Of a DNA stretch of 13,147 nucleotides, positions 1 through 8,315 are shown piece by piece. How positions within the stretch are numbered: position 1 is the first letter of the stretch; every line of letters begins with the position of its first letter. The stretch comes from Deinococcaceae bacterium (GTDB lineage: Bacteria; Deinococcota; Deinococci; Deinococcales; Trueperaceae), in NCBI GenBank assembly GCA_040256005.1, contig JBDZWC010000085.1, positions 1 through 13,147 on the forward strand, read 5' to 3'. The translations under genes and the position numbers were made by a program. The notes beneath the pieces were generated by a model that saw only the letters and a program-made list of their open reading frames with translations, was not told the DNA's origin and ran no database searches.

Positions 1-3
1 GAA

Positions 4-8
4 CCTCC
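4..8 (-). promoter_or_regulatory. Probable Shine-Dalgarno (GGAGG) of a minus-strand gene starting just left of the window
   Basis: Plus strand cctcc at 4-8 reads GGAGG on the minus strand at the window edge, within a lower-GC intergenic stretch (1-60). The downstream gene is not visible. Confidence 0.4.
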
Positions 9-166
9 ATTCTCACTCAACCAACCGTCTCACCTAAAACGGGACTCAAACAGGCGATTCATGCGTAGCGGACGGACCGTTCGCACCGTGAACGACGGGG
101 CTCGCTGCCGCCGCCGTCGAGCGAGGGGGCTGGACTCCGGGACTCGGGACTGGGCAGACTCTCCCC

Positions 167-481
167 GTGGCTGCCGCCCTGGCCCCCCTGTTGCGCCTGC
201 TGGGTTACGGCGTCGGGTTGTCCGCTGGGCTGGCCTTCGCGGAGCGCAACCTGGGGTTGGGTCAGGACGCCCGTTTCTGGGTGGGCGGCCTGATGCTGTC
301 CCTGGGCTCGCTGCTCATGTCCGGCGACTCGGGTCGCTTCCTGTACGAGCGGTCGCTCTTCTGGGGGATCTCGGACGCCGACGTCGCGGAGTACGTGCGT
401 ACGAAGCGGGCCAACCTCGCCGCGTCGGTGAAGATGATGCTGTTGGGCGCCGTGGTCGTGGCCTCGGAGTTCCTGGTCTGA
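167..481 (+). CDS. Small hypothetical membrane protein (104 aa, about 3 hydrophobic segments)
   Basis: GTG..TGA ORF with strongly GC-biased third codon positions. Hydrophobic stretches LLGYGVGLSAGLAFA, FWVGGLMLSLGSLLM and MMLLGAVVVASEFLV. A -10-like CAGACT lies 6 nt before the GTG. Confidence 0.7.
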   Translation: MAAALAPLLRLLGYGVGLSAGLAFAERNLGLGQDARFWVGGLMLSLGSLLMSGDSGRFLYERSLFWGISDADVAEYVRTKRANLAASVKMMLLGAVVVASEFLV

Positions 482-532
482 GCGGCGGCGCAGGCGGCTG
501 GCAGCAACGGGGCGAAGCGTGTCCAGAACGGC

Positions 533-538
533 TATGCT
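533..538 (+). promoter_or_regulatory. Putative -10 box (TATGCT) for the 568 membrane protein-trmH unit
   Basis: TAnnnT hexamer in the intergenic gap, 29 nt before ATG568. A G-rich SD-like GGGGG precedes the ATG. Confidence 0.45.
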
Positions 539-567
539 GCGCTCAGCGACAGCGGGTTGGGGGCAAC

Positions 568-1422
568 ATGCAGGTAGGTCGTTTCGAAGCCTGGACAGCG
601 TTCACACGGGGCTGGAAGCGCTTCGAGGGCGCATGGCTGACCTACCTCCTCATGGCGTTGGCGGCGCTGGCCGTCAGCGTCGGCGTCTCGCTGCTCCTGA
701 ACCTCGCATTGCCGGCGGCCGCAGCCGACGTGACGACCACGGCGGACGGTGAGGTCGTGCGCCGTAGCTCGAGGATCGTCTCGACTCTGAGGCTGCCCTT
801 CGGCGCGCCGGCGTTCACGACGGCCCACAACAGCCTCATAGGGTCCATCGTGTCGGCAGCGCTCAGCGCGCTGTTCGCGGGCGCGTTCACCGCGTTCGCG
901 CTGCGCCGGGCGCGGGGGCTCGAGGTGAACGTCGAGATGCTCGTCAGGTACGCGCGCTACTTCCTACCCATCTTCCTCCTCAGCGTCGCCGGGTCCTTGG
1001 CCGCGCTGCTCCTCGGGGCAGCAGCGCCCCTCCTGACGGTCATCGCGTTCCTGGCGGCGAGCGTCGCGTTCACCTTCACGCAGCTGTTCATCGTCGACAG
1101 GGACTTCGCGCCGGTGGAGGCGCTGGAAGCCAGCCTGAAGGTCGTAGCGCGCAACGTCTGGCAGACGGCGAAACTGCTCCTCATCGGCGCGATCCTCGGC
1201 CTCGCCGTGGCCCTGCCGATGAACCTGGTGGCAGCGTCGCTGCCCGCGGTCGCCGGCATCACGATCGGCCTCGCCACAGCCGCCCTGATGACCCTGGTGC
1301 AGGGCGTCGTGGCCGTGGCTCTGGCCTGCGCCTACGACGACGCCGTCGGCATCAGCAAGACGGGGGACGAGCTGCCCATCGGCGCTACCGGCGCGGCCAC
1401 GACGCTATCCTCGGGTGCGTGA
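568..1422 (+). CDS. Multi-pass integral membrane protein (284 aa) of unknown function
   Basis: The real start is most likely ATG568 (MQVGRFEAWTAFTRGWKRF...), followed by several TM-like helices and an 'FIVDRDFAPVEALEASLKVV' segment typical of DUF975/GDPD-membrane-domain-like proteins. The part of the ORF-track call at 61-567 is an Arg/Gly-rich shadow overlapping the 167..481 gene. Confidence 0.75.
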   Translation: MQVGRFEAWTAFTRGWKRFEGAWLTYLLMALAALAVSVGVSLLLNLALPAAAADVTTTADGEVVRRSSRIVSTLRLPFGAPAFTTAHNSLIGSIVSAALSALFAGAFTAFALRRARGLEVNVEMLVRYARYFLPIFLLSVAGSLAALLLGAAAPLLTVIAFLAASVAFTFTQLFIVDRDFAPVEALEASLKVVARNVWQTAKLLLIGAILGLAVALPMNLVAASLPAVAGITIGLATAALMTLVQGVVAVALACAYDDAVGISKTGDELPIGATGAATTLSSGA

Positions 1423-1997
1423 CGCTCAGACGGCGTGAACGCATCCGCGAGGTCCTGAGCCGCAGGCAGCCCGACCTCTCGCTCATCGCCGAGCACGTCC
1501 ACAAACCGCACAACCTCTCGGCCGTGCTCCGCTCTTGCGACGCGGTCGGGATAGGCACCGTGCACGCCGTGAACCCGACCGGCGGCGTGCCTACATACAA
1601 CGCCACCAGCGCCAGTGCCGAGAAGTGGGTCGACGTGCTGGTCCACGGCAGCGTAGAGGGCGCCGTGACCGCCGTGAGGCGCCAGGGCATGCGGGTCTAC
1701 GCCGCGCACCTGTCGGCAGCAGCCATGGACTACCGCGAGGTGGACTACGTGGTCCCGTGCGCCCTGTTGCTGGGCAACGAGCGGGAGGGCGTGACGCCGG
1801 AAGCTGCCACGCTCGCCGACGCGCACGTGATCATCCCGATGCTGGGGATGGTCCAGTCGCTCAACGTCTCGGTGGCAGCCGCCGTGATCCTCTTCGAGGC
1901 GCAGCGCCAGCGCCTGGGCGCTGGTCGCTACGCCGCACCGCGCCTCTCCGACGAGGAGATGGCAGCGATCGAGGAGCGCTGGTTGCTGAACCGTTGA
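1419..1997 (+). CDS. trmH: tRNA (guanosine(18)-2'-O)-methyltransferase TrmH (SpoU family)
   Basis: SpoU motifs HKPHNLSAVLRSCDAVG, LLGNEREGV and IPMLGMVQSLNVSVAAAVILFEAQRQR. The N-terminal RRERIREVLSRRQPDL resembles Thermus TrmH. GTGA overlap with the upstream gene. Confidence 0.95.
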   Translation: MTLRRRERIREVLSRRQPDLSLIAEHVHKPHNLSAVLRSCDAVGIGTVHAVNPTGGVPTYNATSASAEKWVDVLVHGSVEGAVTAVRRQGMRVYAAHLSAAAMDYREVDYVVPCALLLGNEREGVTPEAATLADAHVIIPMLGMVQSLNVSVAAAVILFEAQRQRLGAGRYAAPRLSDEEMAAIEERWLLNR

Positions 1998-2009
1998 AGG
2001 CGGACCCAT

Positions 2010-2047
2010 GACCGGACCGCAGCACGCGTCCTGTCGGCACTCCGGTC
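2010..2047 (+). terminator. Possible stem-loop after trmH
   Basis: GACCGGA (2010-2016) and TCCGGTC (2041-2047) form an inverted repeat just after the trmH stop. The loop is large and there is no U-tract. Confidence 0.25.
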
Positions 2048-2085
2048 TACGTAGCATGGTGAACGTCTCTCACGCTCCCAGGCTC

Positions 2086-2091
2086 TAATCT
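2086..2091 (+). promoter_or_regulatory. -10 box TAATCT of a probable leaderless transcript
   Basis: TAATCT, then 7 nt (cgggcac), then ATG2099. No SD upstream. Confidence 0.6.
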
Positions 2092-2098
2092 CGGGCAC

Positions 2099-3220
2099 AT
2101 GTGGAGACCCCGTAGTTCGACGCTGTTGATGATCGCCGTCGTGTGCCTCGTAGCGTGCGGAGCCGCCCAGAGCCCGACGCTGAGCCTGGAGAGGGTCGCC
2201 GAAGGCTTCTCGGCTCCCGTGTCCATCACCAACGCCGGGGACAACAGGCTGTTCGTCGTCGAGCAGGCCGGCACGATCAGCGTCGTACAGGACGGCGCCA
2301 GGTCATCCGCGCCCTTCCTCGACATCCGGGACAGGGTCGGCTCCGGGGGCGAGCGCGGTCTGCTGGGCCTGGCCTTCCCGAGCGACTTCGCGCAGTCCGG
2401 GCTGTTCTACGTCTACTACACCGACAAGAACGGAGATTCGGTCCTGTCGCGGTTCTCCTCGGACGGCCAGGTCGCCGATGCCGGTTCCGAGCAGGTGCTA
2501 CTGACCCAGGACCAGCCGTACGGCAACCACAACGGCGGCCAGCTGCAGTTCGGACCGGACGGGTACCTGTACCTCGGGCTGGGTGACGGCGGCAGTGGCG
2601 GGGACCCGCAGGGCAACGGCCAGAACCTGGGCACGCTGCTGGGCAAGCTGCTGCGCCTGGACGTGTCGGGCGAGGGAGCCGCCGCTCCGGCCGACAACCC
2701 CTTCGTGGACCAGGAGGGCGCCCGGCCCGAGATCTGGGCCTACGGCCTGCGTAACCCGTGGCGGTTCAGCTTCGACCGCGAGACCGGGGACCTGTTCATC
2801 GCGGACGTCGGACAGAACGCCTTCGAGGAGGTGAACCTCCAACCGGCTGCTTCGGGCGGGGGCGAGAACTACGGTTGGAACGTCATGGAGGCCGAGGCCT
2901 GCTACCAACCGAGGAGCGGGTGCGACCAATCCGGCCTGGTGCTGCCCATCATCACCTACCCGCACGACGGACAGTGGGGCGGCTCCATCAGCGGCGGCTA
3001 CCTCTACCGGGGCGGCGAGGTCGAGAGCCTACAGGGCGCGTACGTCTTCGGCGACTACGTCTCCGGCCGGATCTGGCGAGCCGACCTGGCGGACGGCGAG
3101 TGGCAGGTGACCACCCTCTTCGAGCCGGACTTCAACGTCTCGACCTTCGGCGAGGACGCCGCCGGCGAGCTCTACGTGGCCGACTACGGTGGGGGCGTGA
3201 TCTACAAGATCGTCGACTGA
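2099..3220 (+). CDS. PQQ-dependent sugar dehydrogenase (glucose/sorbosone dehydrogenase, GSDH beta-propeller), predicted lipoprotein
   Basis: Family motifs GERGLLGLAF, NHNGGQLQFGPDGYLYLGLGDGG, LLGKLLRLDV, IWAYGLRNPWRFSFD and STFGEDAAGELY. N-terminal signal peptide with lipobox LVA-C20. Confidence 0.93.
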   Translation: MWRPRSSTLLMIAVVCLVACGAAQSPTLSLERVAEGFSAPVSITNAGDNRLFVVEQAGTISVVQDGARSSAPFLDIRDRVGSGGERGLLGLAFPSDFAQSGLFYVYYTDKNGDSVLSRFSSDGQVADAGSEQVLLTQDQPYGNHNGGQLQFGPDGYLYLGLGDGGSGGDPQGNGQNLGTLLGKLLRLDVSGEGAAAPADNPFVDQEGARPEIWAYGLRNPWRFSFDRETGDLFIADVGQNAFEEVNLQPAASGGGENYGWNVMEAEACYQPRSGCDQSGLVLPIITYPHDGQWGGSISGGYLYRGGEVESLQGAYVFGDYVSGRIWRADLADGEWQVTTLFEPDFNVSTFGEDAAGELYVADYGGGVIYKIVD

Positions 3221-3227
3221 ATAGGTC

Positions 3228-3257
3228 GCCCGGCCGGGGTGCTTCTAACCGGCGGGC
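3228..3257. terminator. GC-rich hairpin between convergent genes (possible bidirectional terminator)
   Basis: GCCC-g-GCCGG ... CCGGC-GGGC inverted repeat in the 52-nt gap between the GSDH stop and the peptidase stop. No clear U-tract on either side. Confidence 0.4.
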
Positions 3258-3272
3258 AGTGCCCGTGTGGAG

Positions 3273-4211
3273 CTAGTCCCTGGCGGCCTTGGCGCCCAAC
3301 ACCAGCGCCTTGGCGACGACCTCCTGAACGGCGATCGACAGCGCCTGCATGGGGATCCTTGGGCCCATGCCGGTGCTGAGGACGAACGCGGTGTCGCCGT
3401 CACCCGTCGTGTGCGACGGGCGCGTCACCCGGGCTATCCCGATGTGCGCCGAGGTAGAGAGCGCGTGCGCCTCGGCCTTGGAGATCTGGGCGTCGGTAGC
3501 GACCACGACGAGCGTCGTGTTCGTGCCGGGCAGCGCCGCGACGCCGTCGAGCGCGGCCATCCCCAGCAGCTCGCCATGCCCCGCGACCAGCCGGCCGTCA
3601 TCGGGGTCCACCAGGTTCCCCACGGCGTTGCTGACGGCGAGAGCGGCCACGGTGGCACCCGCGAACCGTACGGCGTAGCTGCCCAGGCCGCTGGGCGTGT
3701 GGCCGGCCCTATCGATCAGGCGTCCGATGCGCGCGCCGGTGCCAACCCCGACTCGGCCCATCTCCACCGGCCCTGCATGCGCGGAGCCGGCGGCCGCCCG
3801 ACCGGCGGCCTCGTCGGGCCTGACCCTGGGGTCGCCCTCGCCGAGGTCGTAGATCACAGCGGCCGGCACTATGGGCACGAGCCCGAACTGGGTCACGAAG
3901 CCCCTGCCCCGCTCCTCGAGCCAGTTCATGACCCCGCTCGCGGCCGCCAAGCCGTACGCGCTGCCGCCGGCCAACACGACGGCGTGGACCACGTTGACGG
4001 TCCTGTCCGGCTCCAGCAGCACTGACTCGCGAGAGCCCGGCGCCGGGCCCAAGACCTTGCCGGAGGCTACACAGCCGTCCTCGGGGGCGAGCACGACCGT
4101 GCAGCCGGTGCGCGCCACCTCGTCGGTCCAATGGCCGACCGCGATGCCCGCGACCGCGGTGAGAGTGGGGTTGTCGAACGGCTCGGACCAGACGGCCCTG
4201 CGGGCGCTCAC
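3273..4211 (-). CDS. P1-family (DmpA/S58-like) self-processing peptidase/amidase
   Basis: Motifs GIAVGH..D....TGCTVVL, APGSRES, VLAGGSAYGLAAASGV, VPIVPAAVIYDL, GRVGVGTGA, NTTLVVVATDA (Asn/Thr autocleavage site as in NylC-type enzymes) and DGDTAF. Confidence 0.9.
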   Translation of the reverse strand: MSARRAVWSEPFDNPTLTAVAGIAVGHWTDEVARTGCTVVLAPEDGCVASGKVLGPAPGSRESVLLEPDRTVNVVHAVVLAGGSAYGLAAASGVMNWLEERGRGFVTQFGLVPIVPAAVIYDLGEGDPRVRPDEAAGRAAAGSAHAGPVEMGRVGVGTGARIGRLIDRAGHTPSGLGSYAVRFAGATVAALAVSNAVGNLVDPDDGRLVAGHGELLGMAALDGVAALPGTNTTLVVVATDAQISKAEAHALSTSAHIGIARVTRPSHTTGDGDTAFVLSTGMGPRIPMQALSIAVQEVVAKALVLGAKAARD

Positions 4212-4213
4212 GC

Positions 4214-6415
4214 CTAGCCGGCCCCGGCCGGCAGGTAGTCCGCGGCCTCCTCCGGCGACACCTCGATGATCTGGATGCGGTCAGCCGGGGTGTCCACCGT
4301 CGCCCTCAGGCCCGTGGCGGTGTCGATGGGGATCTTGAGCCTTACCACCGGTGCGAACTGCTGGGCCGCCAGGTCGACGTCCTGCCTGAAGGCCGCCATC
4401 ACGCCGTTCTCCGACGGAGCGCCGGTCTTGAGGTCTATGCGGTGGAAGACGATGCCCTCCGGCACGGGGAACGTCTCGCCGGCGCCGGACCGCCCCCGTA
4501 GCGCCCCCTCCACGAAGTCGTTCCAGACGTAGATGGGCTGGCGCGAGCTGGTGACCGTGTCGACAGTGCCGTCCGAGAGCGTCATGCGGCTGGGCAGGCT
4601 CGTGTTGTCGTCGTTGCCTATCCACACCGAGGCCACCAGGCCGGGCGTCATGCCAACGAACCAGATGTCGATCTCGTCGTTGGTGGTGCCGGTCTTGCCC
4701 GCGACCCAACGACCAGGAACCGCCGCGCGGTTGGACAGCCCGTAGGCGGGGTCCCTGTCCACCACGTTGCCGTGCATGAGGTCGACCATGATGTACGCCG
4801 TCTCCTCGCTCCAGACGCGGGCGGAGTGCGGGGCGGCCTCGTAGATCACGTTGCCGTCGGCATCCTCGACCCGCTGGATGAAGTACGGCTCGATGTACAC
4901 GCCGCCGTTCGCGAACGCGGCGATGGCGGCAGTGTGCTGTAGTGGCGTGACCACGAAGCTGCCGAGGGCCATGGCCGGGTAGGGCTGGACGTCGTAGCCC
5001 AGCTCCCGCGCCTTCTCGGCCACGGCCGAGGCGGTCGCGGCCTCCAGCGCTTTGACGGCCGGGATGTTGCGGCTCCGGTTGAGGTTGGCCCGCACCGTCT
5101 GCGGCCCGTCGAAGGCCATGTCGTGGTTGTCGGGCTCGTACGGCGGCTGGCCCCTGATCTCGAAGGTGGCGGGGGCGTCCACGAGGATCGTCGCCTCGTT
5201 GAAGCCGCCCTGCTCGATGGCGGTGGCGTACACGATGGGCTTGAAGGAGCTGCCGGGTTGCCTGAACGCCTGTGTGGCGCGGTTGAACTCGCCGGGCGCC
5301 ACGCCCGCCTGCAGCTTCTGACCCACCATGGCCAGCACCGCGCCGGTGCTGGGGTCTATGCCCACGATCGCGAGCTGCGCGCCCTCGGGTACCTCGGCCT
5401 CCAAGCTGGCCTGGTTGGCGGCGAGCTGCGCCTGGACATCTATGGTCGTGATGACCTTGAGGCCGCCAGACCCGAACACCACGCTCTCGCCGTAGCGGTC
5501 GGTGAGCCAGTTGCGCACGGCGATAACGACGTCGCGCGAGAGGTCGGAGCTGACGGAGCCCTGCACGAGCACGTCCTGGTCCGTGCGAGTGGCCGAGACC
5601 AGGTTGCCGTCGGCGTCGTACTCGACGTCCCACCCGAGCGGCTCGAGCGGGTAGCGCCAGGTGCGGTCTGCCATGCTCTGGCTGATGGTCCCTTGCCTGA
5701 CCATCTTGTCCAGCACCTCGCGCATGCTCGCGCGCGTGCCCGCGAAGTCCTGGTGCCGTGAGTTGGGCGAGGGGATGAGCCGTGAGAGGTAGAGGCCCTC
5801 GGCGAGGTTGAGCTCGATGGGGTCCTTGCCGAAGTACGCCTGGGCGGCGGCCCGCAGCCCGTAGACGTTGCCGCCCCAGAAGATCACGTTGATGTAGCGC
5901 TGCAGGACTTCGGGCTTGGTGAGCCGGCGTTCGAGCTCGATGGCCAGCATGATCTCCTTGGCCTTGCGCTCCAGCGAGCGCTCGCTGCGTATGTCCTGCA
6001 GGAGCGTGTTCTTGATGACCTGCGTGGTGATCGTGGAACCACCGCGCTGGGCGTCGCCGAAGAACTCCTCGTAGACGGCCTTGAAGAACGCGGGCAGGTC
6101 AAGACCGTAGTGGCTGAAGAACTGGTCGTCCTCGTACGCGACGATGGCCTGCAGCGCGGCCGGCGATACCTCGTCCAGCGCCACCGGGATGCGGTTGGTG
6201 GAGATGCGGCTCTCGCCCTCCGCCGGCACGATCTGGCCGATGCGCGTGGTGCCGTCAGAGGCGTACACCATGGACGTCGACGTGTACTCGAGCGCGTCGA
6301 GCTGGTCCAGCGACGGCAGCTCACCCGCCCACTTCAGCGTTGACGAGGTAACCAGCGCAAGGAAGGAAAGGGCCACCGTCAGCAGAACCAGGAACAGCCC
6401 TTGGACCAGCTTCAC
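4214..6415 (-). CDS. Class A penicillin-binding protein (bifunctional transglycosylase/transpeptidase, PBP1A family)
   Basis: N-terminal TM helix. GT51 motifs EDDQF, HYGLD, GGSTITTQVIKN, RKAKE and KPEVLQRYIN. Transpeptidase motifs SSFK, SRN and KTG. The ORF track starts at ATG6424, but GTG6415 is preferred because it lies 7 nt after a TAGCAT -10 box. Confidence 0.95.
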   Translation of the reverse strand: MKLVQGLFLVLLTVALSFLALVTSSTLKWAGELPSLDQLDALEYTSTSMVYASDGTTRIGQIVPAEGESRISTNRIPVALDEVSPAALQAIVAYEDDQFFSHYGLDLPAFFKAVYEEFFGDAQRGGSTITTQVIKNTLLQDIRSERSLERKAKEIMLAIELERRLTKPEVLQRYINVIFWGGNVYGLRAAAQAYFGKDPIELNLAEGLYLSRLIPSPNSRHQDFAGTRASMREVLDKMVRQGTISQSMADRTWRYPLEPLGWDVEYDADGNLVSATRTDQDVLVQGSVSSDLSRDVVIAVRNWLTDRYGESVVFGSGGLKVITTIDVQAQLAANQASLEAEVPEGAQLAIVGIDPSTGAVLAMVGQKLQAGVAPGEFNRATQAFRQPGSSFKPIVYATAIEQGGFNEATILVDAPATFEIRGQPPYEPDNHDMAFDGPQTVRANLNRSRNIPAVKALEAATASAVAEKARELGYDVQPYPAMALGSFVVTPLQHTAAIAAFANGGVYIEPYFIQRVEDADGNVIYEAAPHSARVWSEETAYIMVDLMHGNVVDRDPAYGLSNRAAVPGRWVAGKTGTTNDEIDIWFVGMTPGLVASVWIGNDDNTSLPSRMTLSDGTVDTVTSSRQPIYVWNDFVEGALRGRSGAGETFPVPEGIVFHRIDLKTGAPSENGVMAAFRQDVDLAAQQFAPVVRLKIPIDTATGLRATVDTPADRIQIIEVSPEEAADYLPAGAG

Positions 6416-6422
6416 GCCCACC

Positions 6423-6428
6423 ATGCTA
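6423..6428 (-). promoter_or_regulatory. -10 box TAGCAT, probable internal leaderless promoter for the PBP gene
   Basis: Minus strand reads TAGCAT-ggtgggc-GTG, the same 7-nt geometry as other genes in the window. Confidence 0.5.
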
Positions 6429-6432
6429 CCCG

Positions 6433-7482
6433 TTACGCAGACGTGACCGAGTTGGTGAACTCAACGTAAGCCTGCAGTTTCTCGTAGGCGGCGCCCGTTG
6501 CCAGGGTCTCGCGTGCGAGCTGGGCGCCGGTGGCCAGATCGGCCGCCAGGCCGGCCAGATAGGCCGCCGCCCCGGCGTTGAGCGCGACGACGTCGCTGGC
6601 CCCACGCGGTCCATCGCCCTGCAGGACCGCTCGCATGATCGCGGCGTTGCGCTCGGCGTCTCCCCCGGCCAGCTCCTCCCTGCTGTGTCGCCCGGCACCC
6701 AGCTCCTCGGGGATGACCTCGTACGCCTCGATGCTGCCGTCCTCCCTGAGCTCCAGGACCTGCGTCGGACCCGTGACCGTGATGTCGTCGAGGCCGTCGC
6801 CGTGTACGACCAGGGCGCGCTTGACACCCAGCCCCCGCAAGACCTCCGCGAGCAGTTGGGCCAGCTCCGGCGAGAACACGCCCATCAGCTGCCGCTCGGC
6901 GCCCGCCGGGTTGGTGAGCGGGCCCAGGTTGTTGAAGATGGTGCGGGCCCGCAGGTCAGCGCGTATGGGCGCCACGAAGCGCATGGCCGGGTGGTGGTTG
7001 CGGGCGAAGATGAACCCCACCCCCAGGGTCTCGATCGCCCTGGCCACGTCGTCGCCGGAGATCTCCAACCGCGCCCCGGCCGCCTTGAGGACGTCGGCCG
7101 AGCCCGACCGCCGGGTCACCCCGACGTTGCCATGCTTGGCCACCTTCACGCCCATGGCAGCGGCGAGGAACATGGCCGTGGTGCTCACGTTGAAGACGTT
7201 CATGCCAGTGCCGCCGGTGCCGCAGGTGTCCACCAACGGCCCGGGTGCGTTCACCTTCACCGGCACGGCGCGTTCCCGCATGGCGCGCGCGAAGCCCACG
7301 ATCTCGTCCACGCTCTCGCCCCTGGTGCGCAGGGCGGCCAGCAGGGCCGCCGCCTGCATCTGCGAAAGCTTGCCGTCCATCAGCCTGCCCATGACGTCCC
7401 TGGCGCGCTCCGCCGACAGCGTGCGGCCCGCGAAGACGTCCTCCAACAGCTCCGATACGTCGAAGCCAGCCGTCGTCGTCAT
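6433..7482 (-). CDS. trpD: Anthranilate phosphoribosyltransferase
   Basis: Motifs VDTCGTGG, FNVST, VAKHGN..VT.RSGSADVL, HHPAMRFVAPIR, RTIFNNLGPLTNPAG and VHGDGLDDIT. ATG7482 has a GGAGGA SD and overlaps the GT2 stop (ATGA), so it is preferred over the ORF-track start at 7497. Confidence 0.96.
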   Translation of the reverse strand: MTTTAGFDVSELLEDVFAGRTLSAERARDVMGRLMDGKLSQMQAAALLAALRTRGESVDEIVGFARAMRERAVPVKVNAPGPLVDTCGTGGTGMNVFNVSTTAMFLAAAMGVKVAKHGNVGVTRRSGSADVLKAAGARLEISGDDVARAIETLGVGFIFARNHHPAMRFVAPIRADLRARTIFNNLGPLTNPAGAERQLMGVFSPELAQLLAEVLRGLGVKRALVVHGDGLDDITVTGPTQVLELREDGSIEAYEVIPEELGAGRHSREELAGGDAERNAAIMRAVLQGDGPRGASDVVALNAGAAAYLAGLAADLATGAQLARETLATGAAYEKLQAYVEFTNSVTSA

Positions 7483-8315
7483 GCCTCGTTCCTCCAACCG
7501 CGCCGCTCCTCCCAGGCGCCCCGGGCGTACGCCAGCTCGGCGGCGTACCTGCCGCCGAACGTGGCGGCCAGCGGGGGTAGCAGCACTCGCTTCACTAGTA
7601 GGAGAGGCAGGCTAACACCCAGGCGCATGGACAGCTGAGGGTAACGGCGCGCCACCAGGGTGGCGTTGCGGCCGGCGCTCTCGGGCTTGAGGAGGTCGTC
7701 CCCCGCCATGGGGTCGGCGCCGTAGTGGACGGCGATCGCCGCCGGCAGGCCCACGAACCTGAGGCCGCGACGGCGCAGCTCGTAGCCGAGGAGCACGTCC
7801 TCGACACCGTAGCCCTTGAGCGACTCGTCGAAGCCGCCCACCTCCCGGAGCACGTCGGCCCGCACGGCCGTGTTGGCCCCGTTCACGTTCCACCAGCGGG
7901 CGCGCTTCGCCGTCCAGGTCGTGGGCTCGCCGGCCGCGGGTTCGAAGCGCACCGCGCCCACCGACACGGTGTCGCCGCCCGCGACGGCCTCCGCGTGCGC
8001 CCGCAGCGTGCCGGAGCTGGGCGAGCAGTCGTCGTCGGAGAGGTAGATGACGTCGCCCTCGGCGGCGGCGAGAGCAGCGTTGCGGGCAGCCCCGGGCCCA
8101 CTGGCGTCGGGCAGCCTGACCACCTTGATCTCGAAGGGCGGGCCCTGCGCTGCCAGGCTCTCCAGTTCGGGCTCTCGACCGCCGTCGTCGCTGATGACCC
8201 ACTGGATGCGAGTGGGCTCGAGGTCCTGACCCACCAACGCCGCCAGCTTGCGCTGCAGCAGCTCGAAGCGGCCGCCCGCCGTGGCGGTGATGACGCTGAT
8301 CGTCGGTGATGGCAC
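7479..8315 (-). CDS. Glycosyltransferase family 2 (GT-A fold)
   Basis: ISVIT.T, VISDDGG, GPGAARNAAL, DXD motif YLSDDDC, NGANTAV, and GGFDESLKGYGVEDVLLG (GT2/GT7C-type catalytic region). GTG start 5 nt after the trpG stop. Confidence 0.9.
   Translation of the reverse strand: MPSPTISVITATAGGRFELLQRKLAALVGQDLEPTRIQWVISDDGGREPELESLAAQGPPFEIKVVRLPDASGPGAARNAALAAAEGDVIYLSDDDCSPSSGTLRAHAEAVAGGDTVSVGAVRFEPAAGEPTTWTAKRARWWNVNGANTAVRADVLREVGGFDESLKGYGVEDVLLGYELRRRGLRFVGLPAAIAVHYGADPMAGDDLLKPESAGRNATLVARRYPQLSMRLGVSLPLLLVKRVLLPPLAATFGGRYAAELAYARGAWEERRGWRNEA

Noticed and set aside
61..567. N-terminal 169 aa of the 453-aa ORF 61..1422
   Set aside because: Arg/Gly-rich shadow translation that overlaps the better 167..481 gene. 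The protein-like sequence begins at ATG568.
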